Positions 9,555 to 19,858 of a stretch of 64,000 bases of DNA are shown piece after piece. The notes beneath the pieces are model-generated. The model was not told the DNA's origin. It searched no databases and saw nothing but the letters and a program-made list of their open reading frames with translations. The first letter of the stretch is position 1; each line of letters begins with the position of its first letter. Source of the DNA: an uncultured virus (IMG/VR IMGVR_UViG_3300005675_000019) (taxonomy: Duplodnaviria > Heunggongvirae > Uroviricota > Caudoviricetes); the IMG/VR virus record IMGVR_UViG_3300005675_000019; one strand, written 5' to 3'. Both the position numbers and the translations under genes were made by a program.

Positions 9555-10592
9555 GCCCCGACGCTGATTACATCGTAGTTAGGCCTTGTACCACAGCCAT
9601 CATCGCCTGGGCCGACAACACGTGGGAGTACCTGGAGGACTACAGCCCCGAGGACTGGACCCACATGAGTGACGACTACGCCATTATGTACCTGCCAGCA
9701 GGCGCGGACGAGGACCAGATCGAGGAGTATGTCCGGGCATTTAACCGAGGAGAGGGCGAGGCATGGACCGCCTCCTGAACAACCTCACCGTCCTGGCCAT
9801 AATGGCCACCCTGCTGGGGGTTCCAGCATTTATTCACTACAGTGTTATGGGGTATTGAGAATGAAAACGATTGAAGAGAAACTCGCCATCTACAAGGCAT
9901 ACCTTGAGGGCAAGGAGATTGAAGTCAAGTATTACGGGGAAGGTGAAAAGTGGGGGCCTCCTGCGTATATGCCCTCGTTTAACTACGCACAGTATGACTA
10001 CAGGGTGAAACCTGAGCCGGTCAAGCCTGTCGTGGCCAAGGCCTACATCATGTCTGAGGGTTATGTGATCTGGACCATAACCGATCCAATTTACCCGCAC
10101 ACAGACTCCACCCGCGCCCCCGAGTTCGACATCGTGGCCAAGGAAGTTCCGTGAAGTCCTTCATCTACACCTACCACGAAAAGACCAAGTCCAACGGGGT
10201 CGAGAAGACGGTCAACGTCTACCGCATCTACAAGAACCGGCTACGCCCTGTCGGCACGATGACTGACATGTTTGTGTCGGAGTTCCAACTGGTAATGCAA
10301 ATGCTGGAAAAGGCACAAGCCCTGCCAGCAGTGGCGTTTGCCCGGCACCCTAACGGCTGCCCAATCTATGGTAATGCCTGGCGGCTGGAGCAGGACGGCA
10401 TTGCGATTGTGGAGCGGGTGGTATGACCGAACTACTCAACTACGTGCAACTGGACTTTGTAGCCATTGGTGTCATCTTATTCATTTTGTGGAGGTGTTTA
10501 TGAACAACATCGAAATCTTCTTACTCGTTCTGCTGTGGTGCCTGCTCGGCCCGCTCAGTGTCCTGATCATGTACCCACCGGAGGAGTGACCT

Positions 10593-10967
10593 ATGTACAT
10601 CCAAGCACCAAGCCGTGGCTATACCCATGACGGCCAGCAGTTCTGCCGCCGAGCGCCCTTCCTGCTACTGATTCAACAGCATGACTCACCCTGGAACAGC
10701 CAAATCTACGGCGTGGTCCGCACCGTAGCCCTGCGCCAGTGTGGGCACTGGATGATGGGCAAGGCCAGCATCACGGACAAGAGCTACACCGTGTCAGGCT
10801 CCTATGGCAACGATGGCCTACCCATGAACGTGGACGAAATCCCGCCCGATGCCAAGCCGCTGCCCGATGAACTGCGTGAAGCCTGGAACAGAGGCGGCGG
10901 CTGGAACAGCGCAGGGTCAGAGGCGCAAGCGATGGCCGAGTGGGCTAGGAAGGAGTTGTTGCGATGA
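10593..10967 (+). CDS. Hypothetical phage protein
   Basis: GGAGGAG RBS; typical codon usage. Confidence 0.65.
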   Translation: MYIQAPSRGYTHDGQQFCRRAPFLLLIQQHDSPWNSQIYGVVRTVALRQCGHWMMGKASITDKSYTVSGSYGNDGLPMNVDEIPPDAKPLPDELREAWNRGGGWNSAGSEAQAMAEWARKELLR

Positions 10968-11129
10968 CACAGGACAACTTCTACACAGCCAAGTACAAGT
11001 CCTGCTACATCCACTACAAATCAGTGGGCCGTAAGATGGTATTCACGTGGACCACACCAGACTGCAAGGTGCACTACGCTAACACGTGGGCAGGGGCACA
11101 ACGTGCCATAACCAAATGGGAGAAGGGCA

Positions 11130-11699
11130 GTGAATCTCAAGCCGTATGACCTGATGACCTTCGACTACGAGGGCAAGACCTTCCATGTAGATATAGTGGA
11201 CGACGACTTTTGCGAACCTCCCTGGGAGCACTGCGACGGGCACGGTCCAGTCTCTAACTGGACACCCCGTGACAAGAAGGCCGGGGAGTGGGTACTGTGT
11301 GAAGATCATGGCCTCAAGCGCTACTACGACTTCGCCGAGGCCATGAAGATGGCCAAGGAGGAGGGGTGGGACGCTGAACCCTATGGTGTGGGCACCAAAG
11401 GTGAGCGCGCCCTCCGCGCTGTCACAGCAGACTTCGAGTGGCTGCGTAAGTGGTGCAACGACGACTGGAAGTACGTAACTCTGCACGTGATCCTGTTCGG
11501 CGAGGTGGATGAATATGGCTACGCTGATATAGAGTACGAGGACTATCTCGGAAGGGTCGATTACGACTACAGCAGCAACGGTTACTGGTTGGAGGCCGCC
11601 ATGGAAATGGCGTCCGAGATTATGTACGAGGTCAAGCGCCAGGAATTGAAGACCAAGATCGCCAACCGATTCACTGAAGCAATGGAGTGTGGCCTATGA
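11130..11699 (+). CDS. Acidic hypothetical phage protein
   Basis: PWEHCDGHG...YYDFAEA; coupled to neighbours. Confidence 0.7.
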   Translation: MNLKPYDLMTFDYEGKTFHVDIVDDDFCEPPWEHCDGHGPVSNWTPRDKKAGEWVLCEDHGLKRYYDFAEAMKMAKEEGWDAEPYGVGTKGERALRAVTADFEWLRKWCNDDWKYVTLHVILFGEVDEYGYADIEYEDYLGRVDYDYSSNGYWLEAAMEMASEIMYEVKRQELKTKIANRFTEAMECGL

Positions 11700-11838
11700 C
11701 TCAAGCCGAACAACTACTCCATGACCTGGCCCACGCCTTGAATAATGCCTTTATCAGCACTTGGCAGACGACAGCCGCGTGGCAGAAGGCCCTAGATGCC
11801 GCGCTTGAGTATCTTAACGAACTGAATAAGGAGCAACC

Positions 11839-12243
11839 ATGAAAACCAACGAAGCCCTTAAAACCCTAGACATGCTGAACAAGTTCAAGGTCATCGGCAT
11901 GCTTCAATACCGAACCCTGCGCGAGTTCATTCTCCAGTCGGAGGAGTCCGACTTCTTCTGCAACACAGTGGATGAGGTGGCCAACATCGTGGCCGACACG
12001 CCGGACTTGTACAGCCAGGAAGAGGCTGGTGAGAAAGATATCGTGCGCTTGCACTACTTCAGGGGCAACTACGATGCCTGGATTACCGAGCTGAACCTGG
12101 GCACAAGAGAGGCTTTCGGCAAGGCATCCTTCAATGGGGCATCCGAGGCTGAGTACGGTTACATCAGCCTTCAGGAATTGTTCGACAACGACGTCGAACT
12201 GGACTTATACTGGACTCCCATACCAATAGGAGAGATCAGATGA
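11839..12243 (+). CDS. DUF2958-like protein
   Basis: LHYF...WITE...FG...EYGYISLQEL...ELDLYWTP pattern. Confidence 0.65.
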   Translation: MKTNEALKTLDMLNKFKVIGMLQYRTLREFILQSEESDFFCNTVDEVANIVADTPDLYSQEEAGEKDIVRLHYFRGNYDAWITELNLGTREAFGKASFNGASEAEYGYISLQELFDNDVELDLYWTPIPIGEIR

Positions 12244-12461
12244 AATCAATGGTGGTACTCGTGGCACTGATGGCAGGTTGCTCGATGGCGCAACCAAGGC
12301 CCACCTACTCAGACGGGCCGAAGCTGAGGCAGTGCAAGTTCGAGGCCCAGAAGGCAGTCGTGACGGGCAACAGCTACGGTGGCAGGACCCTGATCGGCCA
12401 GATGTACGGCGACGGACTGGTGTATCGGGACGTGCTGGACGCCTGCATGGCCCAGTATTGA
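12240..12461 (+). CDS. Small predicted lipoprotein
   Basis: MK + hydrophobic stretch + LMAGC lipobox-like signal. Confidence 0.55.
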   Translation: MKSMVVLVALMAGCSMAQPRPTYSDGPKLRQCKFEAQKAVVTGNSYGGRTLIGQMYGDGLVYRDVLDACMAQY

Positions 12462-12516
12462 GCAACAACCGCCCCGTGTCGGTTACACGGTGTAGCAACA
12501 CTTGAGAGGAAGTGAC

Positions 12517-12828
12517 ATGACAACGAAATGGATTGAGCAGCAAGAGCACGTGGCACTAGGAGACAAGGCCTTCCTAGTATCGTTCTCCAACGAGAACAGT
12601 GGCAGCACCCGGTACATCCTGCGCAGCCAGCCAGCCTACACCAACCGGAGTAGTGAGCCCCGCCTGACCGGGTGGTGTGGCACGTACAACAACGTGGCCA
12701 CCGAAGGTGAGGGAGCCTGGAAGGTGATCAGGATCGCCAAGAGCGGGCGCTACCTGATCGAGGAGTTGGAGGGTACGGAGTTGGCTGAGTTCCTGGAGGA
12801 GATGGGATACCCGGAGTTGATTCCATGA
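12517..12828 (+). CDS. Hypothetical phage protein
   Basis: GAGG RBS, ATG 12517. Confidence 0.6.
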   Translation: MTTKWIEQQEHVALGDKAFLVSFSNENSGSTRYILRSQPAYTNRSSEPRLTGWCGTYNNVATEGEGAWKVIRIAKSGRYLIEELEGTELAEFLEEMGYPELIP

Positions 12829-13329
12829 ATAAGCACCCGTACTATCGAGTCAACAAGTACAAAAGGCTAGTCACCAACCTTACCACAGGGGAACTCATTA
12901 GTGAGTTATGCCCTTTTACTGAGGGCCACGCCAATGAGTGTGGTGCCGTCCTTGAGCCGGATGGGATTGCCATAGAGAGCGCCATCAAGTTGTGTAAGAA
13001 GTGGAATGGTATGTCTAAAAGATATGGTAGCCCAGACTTTGAGGTGGCATACACAATACCTTTGGTACGGCAGGAACTGACAAACCCTTAAAGGACTGAA
13101 ATGATCACCACACAAAAAGCCCTACGCAACGAGTTCTGGTACCAGCACCCGCAATACAAGAGGGTCTCGGGCTGGAAGCAGAACAACTACCACACAGACA
13201 TTCGCATCGCCTGGTGTGAGTGGATTGACGACATGTACCAGAGCGACCAGATAAGCAAAGGCTTGGTTGAACGAGCCACACTCTAACCAACGGTCCCGAA
13301 AGGGGTCTTTTCTTTTTGGAGAATAGGAT

Positions 13330-13731
13330 ATGACATACCCCACCAGAATTGACGTATGCGACGGCAAGTACACAATAATTTATGACTTCGAGACCGGTCA
13401 ATCGGAGGCCCTGCGCTACGGTGAAAAATGGCGCGACCTGTGCGGCGACAAGATGGTGCTCGCCATGTTCGACACAATCGTGGAGCTGCGAGAGCGGGCA
13501 GCAGAAGTTGAGGGCCTGAAGGATTACATCAACAAGTTAGAGGTGTTCCGAGCAATGCTGTCAGGATTAGTACACTATCTCACGAACAACTACGGTGATG
13601 ATCACTGGGACAGCACTACTCGGGAGCTACTCGAAGAGGCCAACGACTACATCGGCAACCAGCCGATTGTGTGGAATATTGAGGATGAGCCGGACTACTC
13701 GGCAGAAATGCCGGAGGGGTATGTTAGATGA
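13330..13731 (+). CDS. Hypothetical phage protein
   Basis: DGKYT...ALRYGEKWRD pattern; follows a weak terminator. Confidence 0.65.
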   Translation: MTYPTRIDVCDGKYTIIYDFETGQSEALRYGEKWRDLCGDKMVLAMFDTIVELRERAAEVEGLKDYINKLEVFRAMLSGLVHYLTNNYGDDHWDSTTRELLEEANDYIGNQPIVWNIEDEPDYSAEMPEGYVR

Positions 13732-14030
13732 ACATTAACAAGTGGCTCAAGAACCACCCCGTCTCCTGCAAATACGGCGCACCACTCGGTGACAGAGGAG
13801 AACTAGGGGACCCCGACTACCCCTACAAGTTCTACCTGCAACGCATCCGCAGGGTGGACGGGGATTATGACCCTGCCGGGACGTATTGGGGAGGTAGTGG
13901 TGAGCCCCTCTGGGGCTTCATGGGGGAAGACGACCAGTTGCTGGTCCGGGGCTTTGTCAGGGCCATGAGCCGTGTCTCTGCTAAGGCACGTGTTACTGAT
14001 GAGTATCCGAATGCGAGGTTCTACAGATGA
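13728..14030 (+). CDS. Hypothetical phage protein
   Basis: YGAPLG...GDYDPAGTYWG motif; ATGA coupling. Confidence 0.65.
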   Translation: MNINKWLKNHPVSCKYGAPLGDRGELGDPDYPYKFYLQRIRRVDGDYDPAGTYWGGSGEPLWGFMGEDDQLLVRGFVRAMSRVSAKARVTDEYPNARFYR

Positions 14031-14217
14031 GGAATAAGTATCCAGGATTTTGCTACTACTGTGGAGAGTTCGTGAATAAAGGACAATGGCACTTTGAGAT
14101 TCATAGAGGTGTGTGGAAGGTGATACACGCTGAGTGTGTGTTCAAGCAGAGATACGAAAAGGGACTAACAAGAGACGGTAAAAGGTCCAGATTAAATCCT
14201 GATGGGACGTTCTTTCG

Positions 14218-14355
14218 ATGAAGGAGTACACAAAACTCTGCACAATAATAGCAGCCAGGCGTTGCTATAACGCTGGCCAAAGCGTCAAGGAAATTGCCAA
14301 GAGTGCCGGCGTATCACCGAGTACGGTATATCGCTGGTTGAGAATATCCGCATAG
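14218..14355 (+). CDS. 45 aa helix-turn-helix microprotein (not in ORF track)
   Basis: Hand translation gives GQSVKEIAKSAGVSPSTVYRWL. Confidence 0.65.
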   Translation: MKEYTKLCTIIAARRCYNAGQSVKEIAKSAGVSPSTVYRWLRISA

Positions 14356-14364
14356 GGGGAAAGA

Positions 14365-14691
14365 ATGCTGAAGAAAGTAAACAAACTGATCGGTGCTGAG
14401 CTTGACTATGCCGTGGCACTGGTTGAGGGATGCGTGTACGGCTTGCCTGGCACCATTCATGCGTTCAGCCCTTCTACGAAGTGGTCACAAGGCGGCCCAA
14501 TCATTGCGCGGGAAAAAATTCACTGGGGAATGTCTGAACAGGATGGCTGCATGATCTACATTGCCAGCATCTTCAAGCAATACAATCGACCTCTTACAGG
14601 TCCTACAGAACTCATAGCCGCCATGCGCTGCTACGTCGCCAGCAAATTCGGCGACACGGTTGAAATTCCAGACGAGATTGGAGCTAAATGA
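14365..14691 (+). CDS. NinX/DUF2591-family phage protein
   Basis: LIGAELDYAVA...FSPSTKWSQGGPII...LIAAMRCYVASK.G. Confidence 0.8.
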   Translation: MLKKVNKLIGAELDYAVALVEGCVYGLPGTIHAFSPSTKWSQGGPIIAREKIHWGMSEQDGCMIYIASIFKQYNRPLTGPTELIAAMRCYVASKFGDTVEIPDEIGAK

Positions 14692-14860
14692 CGAAACTCA
14701 ATAACCTGCCAGAAGTTATGTTATATCTCCATGCTCGGCAGAATGAGCTGAAGAAGGATTTAAACCTCGGCATGTACTCGACAGAACCAACTGACACCCT
14801 TATGGGCAGGCTGCAGGAGATTAAAGCCCTTATCAACATGATCAACCTAGAGGAACCACA

Positions 14861-16873
14861 ATGAACTTCAACGTCTTCAAGCAAGCAGTCGCCACCCAAT
14901 TCGCCAAGATGGCCAAGAACCCCTTGTTCGTCACTGCCATCACCGGTGACGACCTCTGGGCCACCTACCTGGCAGCCTTCCCCGAGGGCACCAACCCGAT
15001 CTACCGTGAGCGGACGGAGCATGACTGCTCCTGTTGCAAGCAGTTCATCCGCAACATCGGCAATGTCGTGACCATCCAGGACGGGAAGCTGGTCAGCATC
15101 TGGGACATCGTCCCTACCAACAGCCCATACGACTTGGTTGCAGCAGCCCTGTCTTCTGTCGTCAAGGCTCAGCCCGTGGCCAACGTGTACCGCCACTACG
15201 AGCGGTCAGTCGGCACGGACAAGAACTTCGAGCAGCTCGTCACAGGCCAGAAGGCATGGGAGCACTTCTACGTGACGCTGCAGGCCACTGTGGTCATGGA
15301 CAAGCGGTCGATCCCCACCAAGCTGGGTGAGTACAGGGAAGCACACCAGATGCTGACCCGAGCCCTGGCCACGATCTCTGACGACGCCATCGACACGGTG
15401 CTGGAGCTGATCTCGCAGAACTCCATCTACCGGGGAGCCGAGCACAAGGGACTGGTCACGGCCTTCAAGGATGTGAAGCAGTTCGTGGGCAATCTCGGCG
15501 TCCCACAAGACCTCGTTATATGGCCCATTGCAGCGAACGGACCGTCCGCCGTCACCGGTATCCGCAACAGCGTGATCGGCACCCTTCTGGTCGACCTGTC
15601 GGAAGGCGTGCCGATCGAGCGTGCCGTGGCCTCGTTCGAGGCCAAGGTTGCGCCGACCAACTACAAGCGGCCCACAGCCCTGGTCACGCAAGCCATGATC
15701 AGCAAGGCCAAGCAGGCACTTACAGACCTGGGCCTGCTCAGCGCCCTGGAGCGACGCTACGCCACCATTGATGACATCAAGATCGGCGACATCCTGTTTG
15801 CCAACAAGGACGCTCGCCGCACCCTGGTCAAGGACGTGTTCGATGATCTGGCCGGTACGGTGAAGGCCAAGCCGAACCTGGACAAGGTCGAGGAGGGGAG
15901 CATCGACAAGTTCCTCGCCGACATCCTGCCGACGATCAGCCACATGGAAGTCCTGGTCGAGAACCGCCACATGGGTAATTTCGTTAGCTTGGTAGCGCCC
16001 GCTGACCCGACTGCGCCCAGCATGTTCAAGTGGAACAACGCTTTCTCCTGGTCCTACCAGGGTGACATGGCTGACTCCATCAAGGAGCGCGTCAAGGCGG
16101 CAGGCGGGAACGTCACCGGTGATCTGTGCTGCCGTCTGGCCTGGGACTACGCCGACGACCTGGACTTCCACATGTATGAGCCGGGCAGCAGTCACATCTT
16201 CTACAGCACTCGCCGCAGGAAGTCACCCCATGGTGGCATGCTCGACGTGGATGCGAATGGTATGGACGGCATTGTCGAGAACCCCGTGGAGAACATCTTC
16301 TACGAGAAGTTGAGCACGATGGGCAATGGTGAGTACGCTCTCTGGGTGGACAATTTTGCGAGGCGATCTTCTGGCGTAGGTTTTGAGGTGGAGATTGACC
16401 TTTTCGGCCAGGTACTAAGGATGGGGTACGACAAGGTGATCAACCACAAGGAGACCATCAAGGTTGCCACCCTAGTAAAGTCGCCAACAGGGGTGGAAGT
16501 AACGCCCCACCTGCCCTCGACGCAATCGAGCAAGTCAGTGTGGGGCGTGGCCACCCACACCTTCGTGCCCGTGACGGTCATGATGCTATCCCCCAACTTC
16601 TGGGAAGACACCGGCTCAGGCATCGGCAACAAGCACTACTTCTTCATGCTGGATGGCTGCCAGAACGATGGGTCAGCCCGAGGATTCTTCAACGAGTTCC
16701 TCAAGTCGGAACTGGACCAGCACCGCAAGGTGATCGAGATGGTCGGCAGTCGCATGAAGACGGAGGAGGCAGGTCGGCAGCTTAGTGGCCTCGGCTTCTC
16801 CAGCACACAGCGTAACAGCGTCACCTGCCGCATCACTGGCAGCTTCACCCGCAACATCACCATCACCTTCTGA
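14861..16873 (+). CDS. 670 aa phage protein of unknown function with a YfaP/DUF2135-like segment
   Basis: HDCSCCKQF motif; DLDFHMYEP...LDVD...PVENIF segment; strong codon bias. Confidence 0.85.
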   Translation: MNFNVFKQAVATQFAKMAKNPLFVTAITGDDLWATYLAAFPEGTNPIYRERTEHDCSCCKQFIRNIGNVVTIQDGKLVSIWDIVPTNSPYDLVAAALSSVVKAQPVANVYRHYERSVGTDKNFEQLVTGQKAWEHFYVTLQATVVMDKRSIPTKLGEYREAHQMLTRALATISDDAIDTVLELISQNSIYRGAEHKGLVTAFKDVKQFVGNLGVPQDLVIWPIAANGPSAVTGIRNSVIGTLLVDLSEGVPIERAVASFEAKVAPTNYKRPTALVTQAMISKAKQALTDLGLLSALERRYATIDDIKIGDILFANKDARRTLVKDVFDDLAGTVKAKPNLDKVEEGSIDKFLADILPTISHMEVLVENRHMGNFVSLVAPADPTAPSMFKWNNAFSWSYQGDMADSIKERVKAAGGNVTGDLCCRLAWDYADDLDFHMYEPGSSHIFYSTRRRKSPHGGMLDVDANGMDGIVENPVENIFYEKLSTMGNGEYALWVDNFARRSSGVGFEVEIDLFGQVLRMGYDKVINHKETIKVATLVKSPTGVEVTPHLPSTQSSKSVWGVATHTFVPVTVMMLSPNFWEDTGSGIGNKHYFFMLDGCQNDGSARGFFNEFLKSELDQHRKVIEMVGSRMKTEEAGRQLSGLGFSSTQRNSVTCRITGSFTRNITITF

Positions 16874-16883
16874 GAGGAACACC

Positions 16884-17276
16884 ATGAACATCTTTGAACA
16901 AGCCACCCGCCAAGCCTTCCGCTTTGAGAGCCAGAAGGGCTCCCTCACCGTTGAGGACCTGTGGAACCTCCCTCTTACCAGCAATACCGGACGGGCAAAC
17001 CTCGACGACATCGCCAAGGGCCTGCAGCAGACGCTCAGCAATACGGCGGTGTCATTCGTGACCGACACCACCCCGGTGAACAAGGTGTATCAGGCCAAGT
17101 TCGATGTGGTCATCCACATCATCAACACCAAAATCTCCGAGGCCAAGGCTGCTGAGCAGGCCAGCCTGGCTCGTGAGAAGAAGCAGAAGATCATGGCCAT
17201 CATCGAACAGAAGCAGGACGAGGCCCTGTCCGGTGCCAGCCTTGAAGACCTGGAGGCGATGCTGAACAGCCTGTAA
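16884..17276 (+). CDS. 130 aa helical partner of the 670 aa protein
   Basis: GAGG RBS; MNIFEQATR...VEDLWNLPL; coiled-coil C-terminus. Confidence 0.8.
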   Translation: MNIFEQATRQAFRFESQKGSLTVEDLWNLPLTSNTGRANLDDIAKGLQQTLSNTAVSFVTDTTPVNKVYQAKFDVVIHIINTKISEAKAAEQASLAREKKQKIMAIIEQKQDEALSGASLEDLEAMLNSL

Positions 17277-17380
17277 CCGATCAATGCCACCCCTCGAAGC
17301 CGACCTTGTAACACAACCTTATGAGGAACGACAGCATCGGGAAAATGCAGAGGGGTGGCACCCAACACAAGGAGAGACAA

Positions 17381-17485
17381 ATGAAGTACAGAATGGCCAG
17401 TTTTACTGGGCGATGCAAGCATTGTGGGTATTGGTGTGACAGCCTGCTTCGACCATGCCCTTGTTGTGCAAGATACCCCAGTTAG
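17381..17485 (+). CDS. 34 aa Cys-rich microprotein (not in ORF track)
   Basis: AAGGAG RBS; MKYRMASFTGRCKHCGYWCDSLLRPCPCCARYPS. Confidence 0.45.
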   Translation: MKYRMASFTGRCKHCGYWCDSLLRPCPCCARYPS

Positions 17486-17493
17486 CTAACAAC

Positions 17494-17564
17494 GCCGAGA
17501 TGTGCGTAAGTAACGCAACCCAAGTGTAAAGGGAAGATTGCGGGTTCGAGTCCCGCCCTCGATA
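17494..17564 (+). pseudogene. Degenerate tRNA-like element (possibly derived from tRNA-Thr(UGU))
   Basis: Perfect T arm GCGGG-TTCGAGT-CCCGC; D stem TGCGT/ACGCA; broken acceptor and anticodon stems; ACTA instead of ACCA. Confidence 0.55.
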
Positions 17565-17773
17565 CTACTTAAAGGAGGACACATGAGTTTTGACCACTTG
17601 GAAAATGTATGTAGGCTTATGGAGAGTAACATGCTATCACTGGCACAAGCCTTTCAGGACGCCCATGGTCGCATTGACCAAGGGCTGTCAGAGCTGACTG
17701 TATCAGGCCTGTTGCGTATTTGCGCGATGAACAACATCGAGATCAGGTTCAAGTACCTTGGGGAGGGGCAACC

Positions 17774-18187
17774 GTGAAAGTCAAAGACTGGCTCGACACA
17801 ATCGAGCGCAACACATCTGAACGCTTCCCACACCTAGTGTGTGGCTGGCCGGATGAGGAGCATGGCATCACCCACAACGCCTACGTGGAAGCGGCCATGG
17901 TGGAGCTGGAGGACCTAGAAGATGGTGAGGACATCCAGCCTTGGCCCCCATTCGAGCAGTGGAAGACCGAGAGGAGATCAGTTGAGGAGTACCGCGACAA
18001 CCTCGGCTTCTCGCACATGAAGTGCGAACTGTGTGGCTCTTTCCCTGGCGACCGCTACGCCGTCACAGCCATGCCAACCAACCCGGCTGAGAACCATGAC
18101 TACGTCGCACTCTCAGTCTGCGGCGACTGCTTGCAGTGGGTAGCGAACGATGAGGTTCCAGATTGGCTGGAAGGGGAGAACGACTGA
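17774..18187 (+). CDS. Acidic protein with CxxC pairs
   Basis: CELC and CGDC; GGAGG RBS before GTG. Confidence 0.65.
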   Translation: MKVKDWLDTIERNTSERFPHLVCGWPDEEHGITHNAYVEAAMVELEDLEDGEDIQPWPPFEQWKTERRSVEEYRDNLGFSHMKCELCGSFPGDRYAVTAMPTNPAENHDYVALSVCGDCLQWVANDEVPDWLEGEND

Positions 18188-18358
18188 TGACCAACTACTA
18201 TGTGTCATTGGTGGAAACCATCAAAGTTGGGTACAAAACGCTGTGCGGCATGCGAGTGGTGTTTCAGTGCTTGGCAGATGACCTTGAGCATGCAGAGAAG
18301 CAGGCTAGGAGCACCTATCCTGACTGCATCATTATCAGTATTGACAAGGAGAAGTGAC

Positions 18359-18778
18359 ATGGCATTCATGACAGCAAGAGTAAGCGACACCAGGGACTAC
18401 TTCCTGACCAGCGAGGACCTGGAAGAGTGTGTCTTCTGCAAGTACAACAGCATCGGCTTGCCTGTGGGTGTGTACTCCGTCGATGATGAGCCTCCATCAG
18501 GAGAGCATGCACCGGAGTGGGACACCTATGAGGACAGCCGCGTGGTGTTTATGAGTCTGCCCCAGGTCAATTCGTTCGAGATCGTCTACAAGTTCTGGGG
18601 CCAGCTCAGCGCCTCCGGCTACATGGACCAGACGGACTACGTCCTGGGCGATACCCAGGCCGAGGTTGCGCAGCAGCTCCTGGACATGTACTTCGACGAT
18701 GATGACGAGTACATGGATGACGAGGAGCGGGCTGATCGGGAGTGGTTGGAGAGCATTGTTGAAGGGGAGGGGGCATGA
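18359..18778 (+). CDS. Highly acidic hypothetical protein
   Basis: AAGGAG RBS; LSASGYMDQTD motif; DDDDEYMDDEE tail. Confidence 0.7.
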   Translation: MAFMTARVSDTRDYFLTSEDLEECVFCKYNSIGLPVGVYSVDDEPPSGEHAPEWDTYEDSRVVFMSLPQVNSFEIVYKFWGQLSASGYMDQTDYVLGDTQAEVAQQLLDMYFDDDDEYMDDEERADREWLESIVEGEGA

Positions 18779-19363
18779 AGACAGCCTATGTAGCAACAGT
18801 GACCCTGCTCATTGACGCCGACAGTGAGGCTGAGGCTTGCGATGGTGTGACGGCTCTGTTGACAGAGAACATGCGGAAGTACGCGACGGTACCGGAGAAC
18901 ACATGCCTGCTTGATTGGCATTACCACAACTATCAGTGTCCGGTCGAGACACAGATACCGGACGACTACGAAGGAGACTGATGTGAAGACCCAATTTCAG
19001 ATGTTCTACAAGGCACACCGCCGTATCTCAGACCGCAATAATGCCTTCATGGACTTAGTCACTGATGAGACCAACCCGATGACGAAGCAGGACCTGGAGG
19101 GGCTCATTGCCAGATGGCCCGAGAAGTACGGCATGTTCTCCGAGTTCTTGAAGGTGTTGCCTGACGAGGTGCAGGCATGACCCCCACCGCCCGCCTAGCC
19201 CTCTACGCCGCCCAGCACTACCACCAGTGGGGGCGCTACGCCACGGTCCACTACTGCGCCCGGCGCGGGGTTCCCCGGAGGCTTCTGACCTTGGCCCTGC
19301 AGCTTGACGCAGTTGCGGGCTGTGTGTAGTATTCACGTAACAAGACTATCCAAGGAGATTGAC

Positions 19364-19858
19364 ATGACCTATCGCATCTATGTAGGAACTTACAAAAAGT
19401 ACTCGGAAGGCTCGATCAAAGGAGCCTGGCTTGATCTCGAAGACTACGCAAGCAAAGATGACTTCTACGCTGCGTGCTACGCACTTCACTCAGATGAACC
19501 AGCACCAGAAATTGAACCGATGTTTTCGGATCATGAGGGCATCCCTGACTTCTTCATCGGTGAGTCCTGGATCAAGGATGAGTTCTGGTCCTACATGGAC
19601 TGCCGCATGGACGACGAGGTGAAGAAGGCCTACGTCGAGGCACGGGCTCGGTGGGATGAGGAGGACTGCGAGTCCTCGTACATCGGGGAGTTCGACAACT
19701 TCACAAAACTGGCCGAGTACCTAGTGGATGAGCAAGGCACGCTCAGTGAGGTACCTGAGCACCTCCAGTACTACTTCGACTACGAGGCCTACGGTCGGGA
19801 CATCCGACTGGGCGGTGACGTGGTCGAGGAAAACCGCCACTTTTTCTGGAATCACTGA
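19364..19858 (+). CDS. ardA: Antirestriction protein ArdA
   Basis: IYVGTYKKY.EGSI.GAWLDL and YFDYEAYGRD signatures; acidic. Confidence 0.92.
   Translation: MTYRIYVGTYKKYSEGSIKGAWLDLEDYASKDDFYAACYALHSDEPAPEIEPMFSDHEGIPDFFIGESWIKDEFWSYMDCRMDDEVKKAYVEARARWDEEDCESSYIGEFDNFTKLAEYLVDEQGTLSEVPEHLQYYFDYEAYGRDIRLGGDVVEENRHFFWNH

Noticed and set aside
17285..17360. Twister or hammerhead ribozyme
   Set aside because: It ends in GAGGG like twister but lacks the conserved UAA and central loop residues; no CUGANGA/GAAA core.
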